Below, piece after piece: positions 1 through 10,242 of a DNA stretch of 64,000 nt (position 1 is its first letter; every line of letters begins with the position of its first letter). The stretch comes from Candidatus Sulfomarinibacteraceae bacterium (GTDB lineage: Bacteria; Acidobacteriota; Thermoanaerobaculia; Thermoanaerobaculales; Sulfomarinibacteraceae). The notes beneath the pieces are model-generated. The model ran no database searches. It saw nothing but the letters and a program-made list of their open reading frames with translations, and was not told the DNA's origin. Position numbers and translations under genes: made by a program. The DNA lies in contig CAWAUY010000004.1 of assembly GCA_963785275.1 (NCBI GenBank), positions 477,782 to 541,781 on the forward strand, given 5' to 3'.

Positions 1-12
1 CAGCATGTGTCG

Positions 13-790
13 ATGGTCCAGTTCACTCCGATCCCCGCGTTCTCCGACAACTACATCTGGATGATCGGGTCAGCCGCCGGCCCGGATGTCGCCGTGATCG
101 ACCCGGGGGAAGCCGGCCCCGTCCTCGCGGAAATCGAGGCCCGGGACCTGAATCTCGTGGCGATGCTCCTCACCCACCATCACGGCGACCACGTCGGCGG
201 CGTCGAAGAATTGCTCGCACGCCACCCGGTCCCGGTCTTCGGCCCTTCCAACGAGTCGATTGACGGCGTCAGCCGGCCGGTCCGCGGCGGCGATTCCATC
301 GCGCTGTCGGAACTCGACCTCGAGCTCGAGGTCGTCGACGTGCCAGGCCACACCGCCGGTCACGTGGCCTTTGTGGGCCCCGGGTTCGCGCTCGTCGGCG
401 ACACCCTTTTTGCCGGCGGCTGCGGCCGGGTCTTCGAGGGCACCATGGAGCAGATGCACCAGTCGTTTCGCGGCTGGCTGCAGTTGCCGCCCGAGACCTT
501 CGTTGTTTTGCGCACACGAGTACACCCTCGCCAACCTCCACTTTGCGCTGGAGGTCGAGCCGGCCAACCAGGCACTTCAGCAGCGTCTCACCGATGCCGA
601 GCGCGCGCGCGCGATCGATCAACCCACCGTGCCGTCGACGCTTGCCGTCGAGCTCGCCACCAATCCGTTTCTGCGTTGCACGCAACCCGATGTCGTCTCC
701 GCCGCAGAAACCCACGCCGGACGCCGTCTGTCCTCCACCGATGAGGTCTTCGCCGTCGTCCGCGGTTGGAAGGACGGGTGGCGCGGATGA
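13..790 (+). CDS. gloB: hydroxyacylglutathione hydrolase (glyoxalase II); one frameshift near 505-512
   Basis: MVQFTPIPAFSDNYIW...LLTHHHGDHVGG (metallo-beta-lactamase HxHxDH) in ORF 7..744. The C-terminal half CAHEYTLANLHFALEVEP...NPFLRC continues in ORF 260..790. The frame switch sits at a T-run (gttgttttgc). The stop TGA 788-790 overlaps the next ATG (ATGA). Confidence 0.85.
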
Positions 791-1086
791 TCAACGGACC
801 GGCCTCTCCTTCCGTTCGCATCTACACCAAAAAGTGGTGTGGTTTTTGTTTCGCTGCCAGGCGACTCTTCACGAAACTCGGTATCGATTTCGAGGAGATC
901 CCGGTCGATCGCGACCCCGAGCTGCGCCGTGAGGTCGCCACCAGTGCCGGCAACTGGCCCACGGTGCCCATGATTTTCATCGGAGATGACTTTGTCGGGG
1001 GCTATACCGAGGCCGCTGCGCTCCACCGCACGGGCAAACTCGTGCCGAGGTGCGAACCCGACGTCTCAGGGTCGCCCAGCGGCTGA
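787..1086 (+). CDS. glutaredoxin
   Basis: MINGPASPSVRIYTKKWCGFCFAARRLF...WPTVPMIFIGDDFVGGYTE shows a CxxC active site and the TVP and GG glutaredoxin motifs. ATG 787 overlaps the gloB stop. The ORF is intact. Confidence 0.85.
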   Translation: MINGPASPSVRIYTKKWCGFCFAARRLFTKLGIDFEEIPVDRDPELRREVATSAGNWPTVPMIFIGDDFVGGYTEAAALHRTGKLVPRCEPDVSGSPSG

Positions 1087-1133
1087 GATACAATCCGCGT
1101 TCGTTCCGAAGACCACAGCGCTCAAGGAGAGAA

Positions 1134-1862
1134 ATGCCGACCTCGCGAACCGATCTTCGACTGGTGCTCCTGCAGGTCCGCAGCGAGATCATCTCACTCA
1201 AACAGGAGCAGAGCTGTTTCATCGAGCGCTGCCGCGTGGCCCGGCGGCAGTTCCACTTCCACAATCTCGTCGAGGAACCCGAACTGAGGTGGCGGGATGT
1301 TGAAAACGCTCACGCCGTAATCATCGGCGGCGCCGGCGCCTTTTCGGTGACCAAGGAACACCCCTTCACCGAGCCCCTGCGCGAGGTCGTACAGCAACTC
1401 ATCGACGACGACCGACCAGTATTCGGCGCGTGCTGGGGCCACCAGTTCCTGGCCGATCTCGGCGGCGGCACGGTGATTGAGGACAAGGAACGGGCCGAGA
1501 TCGGAACGTTCCCCATCGAACTCACACCGGAGGGTCGCGCCGATCCCCTTTTCGAAGAGTTCCCCGACCGGTTTCACGTTCAGCTCGGCCACAACGACCG
1601 CGTCAGCGAACTCGGTCCGGGGTGGCTCGACCTCGCTCACTCGGAGCTGTGTCCGGCGCAGGCGATTCGTCTCGCAGGAAAACCCGTGTACGGCACCCAG
1701 TTCCACAGCGAGATGGACGAGGAGGGCTTGCGCGAGCGCATCCTGGTTTTTCTCAAGGATTACGTGCCGGACGAGGAAACGCACCGCAAGATCCTGTGGC
1801 GCCTTCGGCCCTCGATCGAGGCCGACCGCCTGCTCCAGCTGTTTCTCGAGCGCTACGCCTGA
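1134..1862 (+). CDS. class I glutamine amidotransferase-like protein
   Basis: ATG 1134 is preceded by aaggagag. GACWGHQFL carries the nucleophile Cys and TQFHSE the His-Glu pair, as in type-1 GATase domains. The ORF is intact (internal start of ORF 1050..1862). Confidence 0.75.
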   Translation: MPTSRTDLRLVLLQVRSEIISLKQEQSCFIERCRVARRQFHFHNLVEEPELRWRDVENAHAVIIGGAGAFSVTKEHPFTEPLREVVQQLIDDDRPVFGACWGHQFLADLGGGTVIEDKERAEIGTFPIELTPEGRADPLFEEFPDRFHVQLGHNDRVSELGPGWLDLAHSELCPAQAIRLAGKPVYGTQFHSEMDEEGLRERILVFLKDYVPDEETHRKILWRLRPSIEADRLLQLFLERYA

Positions 1863-2016
1863 CACCCCAAAAGGCACGGGAGACGCGCGCCCCATTCTGC
1901 TTCGCGCAGGGCGCTACGCCGTCACAGGCACGGTGAGTTGTCTGTCTCGGCGAAGTCCATGAGGCGAAGCCGGATGAGGCAGCCGTCCCGGCTGTCGATC
2001 CGGTGAGGATCGTCGG

Positions 2017-3878
2017 TCACCCGCTGATGAGGCGGACCGCGACCCACCAGACGACCAGGGCGGTGAGCGAGTGCAGCGCCACCGATGCCCACACGCTCCG
2101 CCACCGCTCGCGCACCACCCCCAGGGTCAGCCCCATGACCAAGCTCGCGGCGAACCACACGGCCAGGGTGCCGACCGTACTGCCTGCGATCGAGAGCCAG
2201 CCCGCCGGCAGGAAACACCATGACCGCCGCTGCGTAGGCCAGCGCCGACACCGCGTTGGGCGCGGAAATGATCTTCCTGCCGGCAAGCCGGACCGGGTAG
2301 GCCGTCATCAGGAGCCCGTGCAGTGCTCCGCGCAACAGCAGCTCAATGCCCGCCGCCCCGGCGAGGACCGCGCCGGCCATCCACCACGGCGACCCCTCAG
2401 GCGAACCCGCGACCGCCAGCCCCTGCAACGGCACCCAGCCACTGCCGCACAGAGCCGCGCCCACCGTCACCGGCAGCAGCAGCAGGAACCCCGCCCTCCG
2501 TGGCCGTCGCAGACCAAAGTACCCGGGAAATCTGCGACCGGCCGAGCAGAACCAGCATGAAACCAAGGCCCAGCAGTCGCCAGCGACGCCGCGCGATAGC
2601 CCTCCGAAACCGCTCCGCAAGCAGCAGCCCCGGTGGCGCGATGAGACCGCTTCCAGCCGCCAGCACAACGGCGCCGAGGGCGAGAGCGACGATGACCAGC
2701 CCAAAACCGACCGTCGCCAGCCGACGTCCGGAAGTCGGCGGTTGGAAGACCCAGCGGCAGATATCCACGATCTCGTCGATGCGGAGATCGGTGCCCGCCC
2801 CCCTCGGTGAGCCGCCGATGTCGCCCGACCCGCCCCATCGCTGGTTCCCGGACACCGCGGCGTCGAGCAAGTTCAGCCGGTCGTAAACGTCGTCGAGGTT
2901 GGTCGGCAGGAAGGGGTCGACCTGACGAACAGTGTAGGTTCGATCGTCTTTCTGCAGAATGAGCAAGCCCAATCGATCGCCGTGAACCTCTCTGAGCTGC
3001 TCTTCCACTTCATAGACGCCGGCGTCCGAGTGGCACGCCACCGCCAGGCGCTGCGGCGAAATTCGGACCCGCGCCAGCTCCTCGACCTCGCGCATCCCCT
3101 CGAAATCTCCCGGCGTGTAAACCAGCTCATCGATCTTCCGCAACGTCGCAAGGGTGAATTCGAGCAGATCGGTTGTCCCCCACACCCCCTGACCCTTGAG
3201 GGCGAGCTCATCGCTGCGCAGCTCGTTGATGGTGTCGAGGGTCGCCTTCTGAAGGCGCGAAGGAAAGGCGGTCAGATCCTCGAGCTCGAAGCCGTGGGCG
3301 TCGATCACTCCCTGCAGCCGGACCAGGGGCATCATTCTCCTGCGCAGTGCAGGGTCATCACCGCCGATCCGGCGGTGGTTGAGCAACAGCCAGATCGCAA
3401 GCACGGTGTCGAAATCGGGCTCGTTGGCCCACACCGACCAGCGCTCGTCATCGAGGTCCAGCCCTTTGAGGATGACGATCATCACCTGTTCGCAGGTCGC
3501 GAGGGTGAAGGCACGAACGCATCCCTCGTGGTGGTCGAGGTTGTAAACGCCTTTCGATGCGTCCACAAAGGGCTCGCCCTGGGCCGCGCCGTCGAGAAAG
3601 ATGGTGCCCTTCGGGTACTTGCGCGCCGCTGAAGCCGACACCGAGAGACCGCGTTCGACCCGCACGGCGATGTTCGACGCCTCGACACAGGTCAGATACG
3701 GCCCCTTCTCATCCTCCTTGAGCTGGTAGCGCAACGGGAGGTGCTTCTGGGTTGCCAACGGCTGCTCGAGGGCTCTGGTGACCGCTGTGGTCGAAGCCGT
3801 CTGAGAGAAGGCGGTTCGAATCCGTTCGGTGAAACCGCCCATGCCGCCGTGTTCGTCGTCCCCTGGGGGCATATTCAT
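2017..3878 (-). CDS. uncharacterised soluble domain fused to a divergent CPBP (CAAX-protease-like) membrane domain; about 2 frameshifts
   Basis: ORF 2397..3878 holds a roughly 400-aa unknown domain with VYNLDHHEGCVR, followed by TM helices. The protein continues in ORF 1922..2704 (IELLLRGALHGLL, resembling the CPBP EExxxR motif) and ORF 2017..2286 (RERWRSVWASVALHSLTALVVW, resembling the CPBP C-terminal His motif). Confidence 0.55.
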
Positions 3879-3940
3879 TCCGGGGATTGTACCCCCGATC
3901 GGCCACGGCGGCGGTAAGATATCTCACCAAGGAGGGGCCA

Positions 3941-5015
3941 ATGCCGAAAACCTACGCCTCACTGCTTGTGGTCATCATGCTTCTGTTTCCGGCCGTGACC
4001 CAGTCGCAAGACTCCGAAAACCCAGCCGTCGACGGCCGTCGAGAAGGCGCAGGAAAGCACAGAACACCAGCTCGACGTGCTCGCCAAACTGATCGACGAC
4101 GTCCTGTGGTATGAGCGTGTCGGCGATGTTGCGGTGATCGAAAAGGCCCGCATTTATGGCCCGCCGCGCTGGAAGGAAGAGAACCCGACCGGCGTGAACG
4201 CCGGCAACCCCCTCAAGTTCTACACCTATCTCTTCACGCCGAAGGGCTTTGATGACGCCGGAAAGCTCCCGCTGCTCGTTCTTCCGCACGGCGGCGTCCA
4301 CGCAGATTTCACCACCTACTACGCTCACATCGTGCGCGAGCTCCTCGCCCAGGGCTATATCGTCGTCGCGCCGGAATACCGCGGCTCGACCGGCTACGGC
4401 CGCGGCATGTACGAGGACATCGACTACGGCGGTCTCGAAGTGGACGACGCCCTCGCCGCCCGCGACTGGGTGGTCGAGAACCACCCCCGCGTCGACCCGA
4501 AAAGGGTCGGGATTCTCGGTTGGAGCCACGGCGGCCTGATCACCCTCTTCAGCCTCTTCCGCTTCCCCGACGCCTACGCCTGCGGTTTCGCCGGCGTCCC
4601 GGTTTCGGATCTCGTGCAGCGTATGGGCTACCACTCACAGGGCTACCGCGATCTCTACGAGGCCGAGTACTTCATCGGTAAGTCAGCGCAGGAAGATCTC
4701 GAGGAGTACAAGCGCCGTTCGCCAGTGTGGTCGGTCGACAAGCTCACCAAGCCGCTGCGAATCCACACCAACATCCACGACGAAGACGTCAATTACATCG
4801 AGGTCGAGCACCTCATCCAGGCCCTCAAAGCCGCAGACAAGGACTTCGAACACGAGGTCTCGGACGTTCCCGGAGGCCACAGCTTCGACCGCCTCGACAC
4901 CCCGGAGGCCTGGGGCTACCGCAAAAAGATCTACGCCTTCCTCGCCCGCTATCTGAACCCTCCGAGGCCACAGATCTCGCTCGGAATTACGGCGGAAGGC
5001 CGTTTGGCACCCTGA
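3941..5015 (+). CDS. S9 family (prolyl oligopeptidase/dipeptidyl peptidase type) serine peptidase, secreted; one frameshift at about 4000-4045
   Basis: ATG 3941 follows aaggagg, and the signal peptide MPKTYASLLVVIMLLFPAVTQSQ lies in the frame of ORF 3887..4114. The body is in ORF 4077..5015, with GWSHGG (nucleophile elbow), HDEDV and GGHSF. Confidence 0.8.
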
Positions 5016-5207
5016 AAAGTCCATCCTCTGTGAGGAATTCAGCCGTCTCGGCTGCAGCAGAAAGTTGACCTCGGACCCGTGTGGTGCAGGCAGGCCTGCC
5101 ACGGCGTAGCTGGAGGCGAAGCCGGATCCCGCCTGCACGTGTCAATGTCAATTGCTAGCGTCATGACACCGCGCAGCCGGGGTCGAAGTCGGCAGTGGCG
5201 GCGACCA

Positions 5208-5234
5208 TTCCGAATTCTGAATTCCGATTTCTCC
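5208..5234. repeat. degenerate period-7 microsatellite (ttccgaa ttctgaa ttccgat ttctcc)
   Basis: Read directly from the sequence. It lies in the spacer after the S9 peptidase, next to a fragment (5090-5130, inverted) matching tccggcttcgcc..gctacgccgtg of the repeat at 12546-12572. Confidence 0.6.
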
Positions 5235-5316
5235 GACCTCCCTACCCCACATTTCCCCCACCGTTTGCCCACCGTAACCTCATTTCTTCCCACTCGGCCC
5301 GACCGATCGTGGGTTC

Positions 5317-6036
5317 ATGGTGGACAAAATGGTGGGGAGGCGGCCGCAGCTTGCGGCCGCCGCGATGCCGCCCGCCGGCGGACGATGCTACAAACTACGG
5401 AAGCCGCAGTGGCTTCGTTCGGCGCGATTCGGGCCGGTCGGTTTCCATGTCCTCCTCGCCGCCTCGACTCTTATCGGAGGGGTTTCCCCACCATGCTGTG
5501 CTACTGACACGGAAACCGACTTCGCTACTGCGGTCAATGCCGGAGTTGCGACCTCAACCCGAAATGCCGCTACCCGGGCTCCATCAAATCAGCCGACTCC
5601 CGTCCGGCCGTGGATTCACCCCGACATGCCGGGTGGCGTAAAATCCAAACTTGAAGCGGCCTTCGACATCGCCTTGGACCGGGTTCAGATGGTCGGAGAT
5701 TGCGCGGGTCTATTTCACGAACTCGGCGCCGACCCTCTCGAGATTCTGAAAACCGGGCTGTATTTCCCAACGAACGTCCAGCGCGAACACGTCCTCTGCA
5801 CTCGTTCCATGGCACAGACCATCGTCGGATCTGCACCCACGTGGATCTGCAGAAACATCACTGCCTACCCCGACGAAAAGATTGCGGCGGTATTGATACA
5901 TGAGGCGCTGCATCACGCAGGGCTTCCCGAGGATGAGACCGGCCGCACTGCAAAGTCATCCGGGAGCATCACCCGGACGGTCGAAAAGAAATGCGATCTT
6001 GGTGGCAAGAAGGCCGGAAAACGGCAGCGGCGCTAG
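5317..6036 (+). CDS. hypothetical protein with an HExxH motif (LIHEALHHAG); start uncertain
   Basis: Intact 239-aa ORF. A hydrophobic stretch FHVLLAASTLIGGV lies near the N-terminus and there is a single HExxH. I recognise no family. Alternative starts are 5365 or later. Confidence 0.4.
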   Translation: MVDKMVGRRPQLAAAAMPPAGGRCYKLRKPQWLRSARFGPVGFHVLLAASTLIGGVSPPCCATDTETDFATAVNAGVATSTRNAATRAPSNQPTPVRPWIHPDMPGGVKSKLEAAFDIALDRVQMVGDCAGLFHELGADPLEILKTGLYFPTNVQREHVLCTRSMAQTIVGSAPTWICRNITAYPDEKIAAVLIHEALHHAGLPEDETGRTAKSSGSITRTVEKKCDLGGKKAGKRQRR

Positions 6037-6248
6037 CATCCCGATCACTCCGCCGAAGACCGCCTCATAAGTTCCTCACAAATTCCCCACATGTTCTTCA
6101 TTTCTTTGAGACGGCGAGCCTCCACCTTGAAGCCCAGAAGAGAAGCGTTCGAAAAGCTCAGTTGTGCCAGGCCGCTGATCTTTGCCTGTTCAGCTTCCCG
6201 GGACCGTCGTGGTCTCGGCAGCGGCCATTTACTCTATCTCTTAACTAC

Positions 6249-6281
6249 GCCCGCGCTCCCCGCGCGGGCACTTTTTTGTTT
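6249..6281 (+). terminator. intrinsic terminator
   Basis: gcccgcgc-tcccc-gcgcgggc stem-loop (6249-6269) followed by ac-tttttt-g-ttt. It lies about 213 nt downstream of the stop at 6036. Confidence 0.65.
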
Positions 6282-6325
6282 GCCAAAACAGCAATATATT
6301 CCCAGATTAATTCCTATCAGCCAAT

Positions 6326-6354
6326 TTGCAATTCCATAACCTTTTCCCCATAAT
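6326..6354 (+). promoter_or_regulatory. sigma70-like promoter candidate for the TonB receptor gene
   Basis: TTGCAA (6326-6331), a 17-nt spacer, then CATAAT (6349-6354), inside an AT-rich patch about 108 nt upstream of ATG 6462. Confidence 0.4.
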
Positions 6355-6461
6355 ATTTGATGAAGCACAGGCATATCAACCTTACGACCTGAGACCTGAT
6401 CGGCAAACGTCCTTCCAGCGAAGGGGCGGCTTTCCGCTACAGGTTCCTGATGGAGGAAGTC

Positions 6462-9240
6462 ATGAAGTCCAGGTTGTTGTGTCTCCTAGCTATCGTCATG
6501 TTGCTTTCAACTTTATCCGCGTTCGCACAGACAACTACCGGTCGTCTGATCGGAAAGGTTGTCGACGACACAGCGGCCGCCCTCCCCGGCGCCACCATCA
6601 CCATCAGCTCACCTACCTTGATTGGCGGATCGCAAGTCAAGATCACGGACGGTGCCGGCGAGTTTTCCTTTATCGGTCTCGCACCAGGCGCCTACAGCCT
6701 GAAGGCAGACCTTTCCGGCTTCGTCAGCCAGGAGCGCAACGAGATCGGGGTTGCGCTCGGCGGTGCGCGGTCCATTACCATCGAAATGCCGCAGGGCACC
6801 TTCGGCGGCGAGATCGAGGTGGTCGCCGAAACCCCGATGGTTGACCCGACCCAGGTCAATACCAGCGCCAACTACACCAGCGATTACCTCCAGGGCTCGG
6901 CTATCGGATCGAATAACCGCGACTTTCTGTCGGTGATCTCGCAGGCTGCGGGTGTGGTCGGGGGTGGCAACCCCAACGTTTTCGGTTCGGTCCTCAATGA
7001 AAACGCCTACTACGTGGACGGAGCCAATACCACTGACCCGCTGACTTCAACGTTCGGCACCAACTTCACCTTCGACTCGATCCAGGAGATCCAGTTCCAG
7101 ACCTCGGGGTACGAGGCGGAGTACGGCACCGCCACCGGTGGGCTCGTGAACCTGGTGACCAAATCGGGCGGCAACCAGTTCGCGGGTACCGTCGATATCC
7201 GCTACCGCGACGAGTCCTTTTATGAAAGCGGCACCCATTACGACGCCAGCCAGCTCGACAGCCAGCGCCAGGACGTCAACGCGACCATCGGCGGCCCGAT
7301 CGTCCGCGACACGCTGTGGTTCTTTGTCGCCTACCGGTACGTGAACAGCGATTTCACGCCGATCGGCTCGCCCACCACCAGGTCTATTGTGGCCAACCTG
7401 CCCCTGGCCAAGCTCACCTGGCAAGCGGGGGGCAACTGGCGCGCGACCGCCAAATGGACAGCCGATCCTGCAGACTTCGACAACGACAACGCCAGTCCTT
7501 TTGTCGAGCCCGAAGCCAATTCGTTTCAAACTCAGGGCGCCGACATCTACTCGGCCGAGGTCAACGGTGTGCTGTCGGATTCTCTAGTCTGGAATACCGT
7601 CCTCAGCGCGTACCGTTCGTCGATCGACAGCTACCCTCAGAGCGGCGATCTCGAAACCATCGGGCACCTCAATCTCGTCACAGGGATCTTGTCGGCGAAC
7701 TCCACCAACCAGCAGTACTCGGAGCGTGACCGCGACGACATCACAACCAACCTGACGTGGTTTGTGGATGACCTCGCCGGGTCGCACGAGTTCAAGGGCG
7801 GTATCGTCTACTCCGATCTCAACACCACCGCCGCCAACTGTGCCACCGGCACGGCCGGCGGCGTTCAGTGCGAACCGGACGTGCCCGGCAATATTTTCTA
7901 TGATGTCGTCGTGGGCGGTGAAGACTTTCCGTACAACTGGTATGAGGCTTACGCCAGCGGCACACAGGAATTCACCGGCACGAATTCGACGTTCTTCCTG
8001 CAGGACGCGTGGCGGGTGGTGCCGAATCTCACTCTCAAGCTCGGCATTCGCTACGACGTCGCGAAGTACGACACCGACAACGCCACCCAGATCGCCGACA
8101 TGAGCAAGTGGCAGCCGCGCATCGGCGCCGCCTGGGACCTCACCGGCGACGCCAAGAACATTGTGCGCGCCAACTGGGGTTACTTCATGTCTCCCAACGC
8201 CCTGACACTTCCTTCATTTGCACGAACCGGTATACGCGCCAACCGATGACTGGCTGTCGTGTTCCTACAATCTCGGCGTGACACCGAGGAAGTGCAAGGC
8301 TTTTTCCACCGCCCGCGGGTGGGGCTGGAGTATGGACCCCGAGGGGTGGGACCCGAGCGGCTGGATCTACATTCCGGGCAACACCCTCGGCGGTTCGCCG
8401 AGCCAGATCGACCCCAACCTGAAGGCGATGTACACCGAGACCTTCAGCCTCGCCTTTGAACGCGAGGTCGGCCGTCGGGCGTCGGTGACCGTGACCTACG
8501 TCGACAAAGAGGTCAAGGATGGGATCGAGGATACCTGCGACGGCAATCTAGGCCCCAACGGCCCGAATGCCGACGCAAGCTGTGACTTCTACGTCATGGC
8601 CAACCTGCCCGAGATCACCCGCGACTATTCGGGCTTTGTCGTCGAGTACAGTACGCGCACCTTCAGTTGGATGACCCTCAACGCCTCCTACACCTATTCC
8701 AAATCCAGGGGAAGCCAGGAGTACAACCTGAACGCGGGTTACGACTTCGACGTCTACCCTGCATACTATGAAAACCGCTATGGTTATCTCAGCGACCACC
8801 GTGAGAACCGATTCAAGCTCAACGGTTTTTTCACCATCAAGGGCGACTGGACCATCGGTTTTGACGGTTTCTATTCGTCGGCCTTTACCTGGCAGCCGAC
8901 GGCAAACAGCAGCAACCAAGGCCAGATATGGGAGGGGAACCAGATTCCCGACTATATCCCCGGGAGCGGTCTCTATTACATCGAACCTCGCGGCAACCGC
9001 GACGCCAACTCGAACTACCAGCTCGATCTCCAGCTCTCAAAGGGCTTCCATCTCGGCCAATCGGTCCGAATCGTCTTGATCGGTTCAGTCTTCAATGTCT
9101 TTTCAAACGAGGAAGTTACTGGCATCTGCCGGGCGATCAACGGCTGCACCGACGTCGAAGGCAACTCGGTGGGCACCGGCGGGCCGACGAACTGGCAGAC
9201 CCCGCGCCGCTTCGAGGTCGGCTTTCGCTTCGAGTTCTGA
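6462..9240 (+). CDS. TonB-dependent receptor with N-terminal carboxypeptidase-regulatory-like domain (Oar-like); one frameshift at about 8220
   Basis: ggaggaag RBS, then MKSRLLCLLAIVMLLSTLSAFAQTTTGRLIGKVVDD..GATITISSP..GAYSLKADLSGF (CarboxypepD_reg-like). A plug/barrel follows, and the C-terminus ...WQTPRRFEVGFRFEF* has the terminal aromatic. The gene is split between ORFs 6450..8249 and 8218..9240. Confidence 0.85.
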
Positions 9241-9252
9241 AGAGTGTGTTTT

Positions 9253-9280
9253 GCCCCGGCCCACCCAGGTGGGCCGGGGC
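9253..9280 (+). terminator. GC-rich hairpin after the receptor gene (no clear U-tract)
   Basis: gccccggcccacc-ca-ggtgggccggggc gives a 13-bp perfect stem starting 13 nt after the stop. Confidence 0.5.
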
Positions 9281-9323
9281 AGTTGGACAGTCTTGTTCGG
9301 TCGTTCTTTTGAGGAGGAGTGGC

Positions 9324-10049
9324 ATGCCGCGAGGAAACCAGACCCGGGAGACGAATCATGGTTCGTTCCTGCTCGGGGACTGGCTGGTGGAACCGGAGCT
9401 CAGCCGCCTGCGCAGGGATGACCAGGCCGTTCACCTCGAACTCAAAGTCATGGATGTGCTCGTGCACCTCGCCTGCCATCCCTCCAGAGTCGTGACCCGG
9501 CAGCAGCTCATTGACGGAGTCTGGGATGGCGGCTTCATCTCGGACAACACCCTGACCCACGCCATAGCGGAGTTGCGCCGAGCGTTGGGCGACTGCGCCG
9601 GCAACCCCGAATACATCGAGACCATCCATCGCAGGGGTTATCGGCTCCTCAAACCGGTGACCGATCTCGAGGGCGGGCCGCCACTCGGTTTTGGCAGACC
9701 GTCCCGCTTCAGAGTCCTGGTCGACAACCGAAATGTCCAACTCCGGGAGGGCGAAAACCTCATCGGCCGCTTGCCGGGGGCGTCCCTCTGCATTCACTCG
9801 CTTCAGGTCTCCCGCCGCCACGCGCGCATCACGGTCAACGACACGCGAGCATTCATCGAGGACATGGGCAGCAAAAACGGGACCTTGCTGAACGGCCGAC
9901 CGTTGCTCAAGCGAAAACAGCTGAAGGACGGCGATCGGATCTTTCTCGGCGAGGGCATTGTCGCACTGCAATTCATCGAGGCCGGGAATTTCGCCCCGAC
10001 CGATCCGCCCGACGCGGTCACCCCGACGAGCCCGCTTCTCGACGCCTGA
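9324..10049 (+). CDS. CadC/OmpR-type winged-helix DNA-binding domain fused to an FHA domain
   Basis: gaggaggag RBS. LGDWLVEPELSRLRRDDQAVHLELKVMDVLVHLA..VVTRQQLIDGVW......YIETIHRRGYRL matches trans_reg_C. NLIGRLPGASLCIHSLQVSRRHARITV...IEDMGSKNGTLLNGRPL matches FHA. The ORF is intact. Confidence 0.8.
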   Translation: MPRGNQTRETNHGSFLLGDWLVEPELSRLRRDDQAVHLELKVMDVLVHLACHPSRVVTRQQLIDGVWDGGFISDNTLTHAIAELRRALGDCAGNPEYIETIHRRGYRLLKPVTDLEGGPPLGFGRPSRFRVLVDNRNVQLREGENLIGRLPGASLCIHSLQVSRRHARITVNDTRAFIEDMGSKNGTLLNGRPLLKRKQLKDGDRIFLGEGIVALQFIEAGNFAPTDPPDAVTPTSPLLDA

Positions 10050-10242
10050 CACCAAGCGGATCCGATCGTTCCGCTCTCCCTCCTCAGGCCGCAATCTGCA
10101 CTCTCCTTCCACAAACCCCACCAATTCCCCACAGCTTCCTCACCTCTTCGATCGGCCGACGTCCGATGATTTCAGTATCCACATCACCGTTGAAGCGATC
10201 CGGATTGGAGATTCGATGTCGTCAGGAATTGGTTGAGGGATC

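Noticed and set aside
6071-6099. Shared 11-mer AATTCCCCACA plus 8-mer TTCCTCAC at 6072-6091 and 10123-10142, considered as a regulator binding site
   Set aside because: Chance 11-mer matches between two positions are expected many times over in 2 x 64 kb. The two motifs occur in opposite order at the two sites, so there is no support beyond coincidence.
6091-6339. 82-aa ORF between the HExxH gene and the TonB receptor
   Set aside because: There is no RBS. It runs across the intrinsic terminator at 6249-6281. It has atypical composition and no recognisable motif.
6290-6461. Cobalamin or other riboswitch in the leader of the TonB receptor gene
   Set aside because: I could not find the conserved B12-box or core elements. 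The receptor is of the Oar/carboxypeptidase-regulatory type rather than BtuB-like. The AT-rich leader is better explained by a promoter.
9015-10124. Long antisense ORFs opposite well-supported genes, for example 9015..10124(-), 10258..10950(-), 13574..14251(-), 24425..25003(-), 42349..42963(-), 43539..44378(-) and 70..567(-)
   Set aside because: GC-rich DNA lacks stop codons on the antisense strand. Their translations are Arg/Gly/Pro/Ala-rich low-complexity sequence with no recognisable motifs. The opposite strand encodes clearly conserved proteins.
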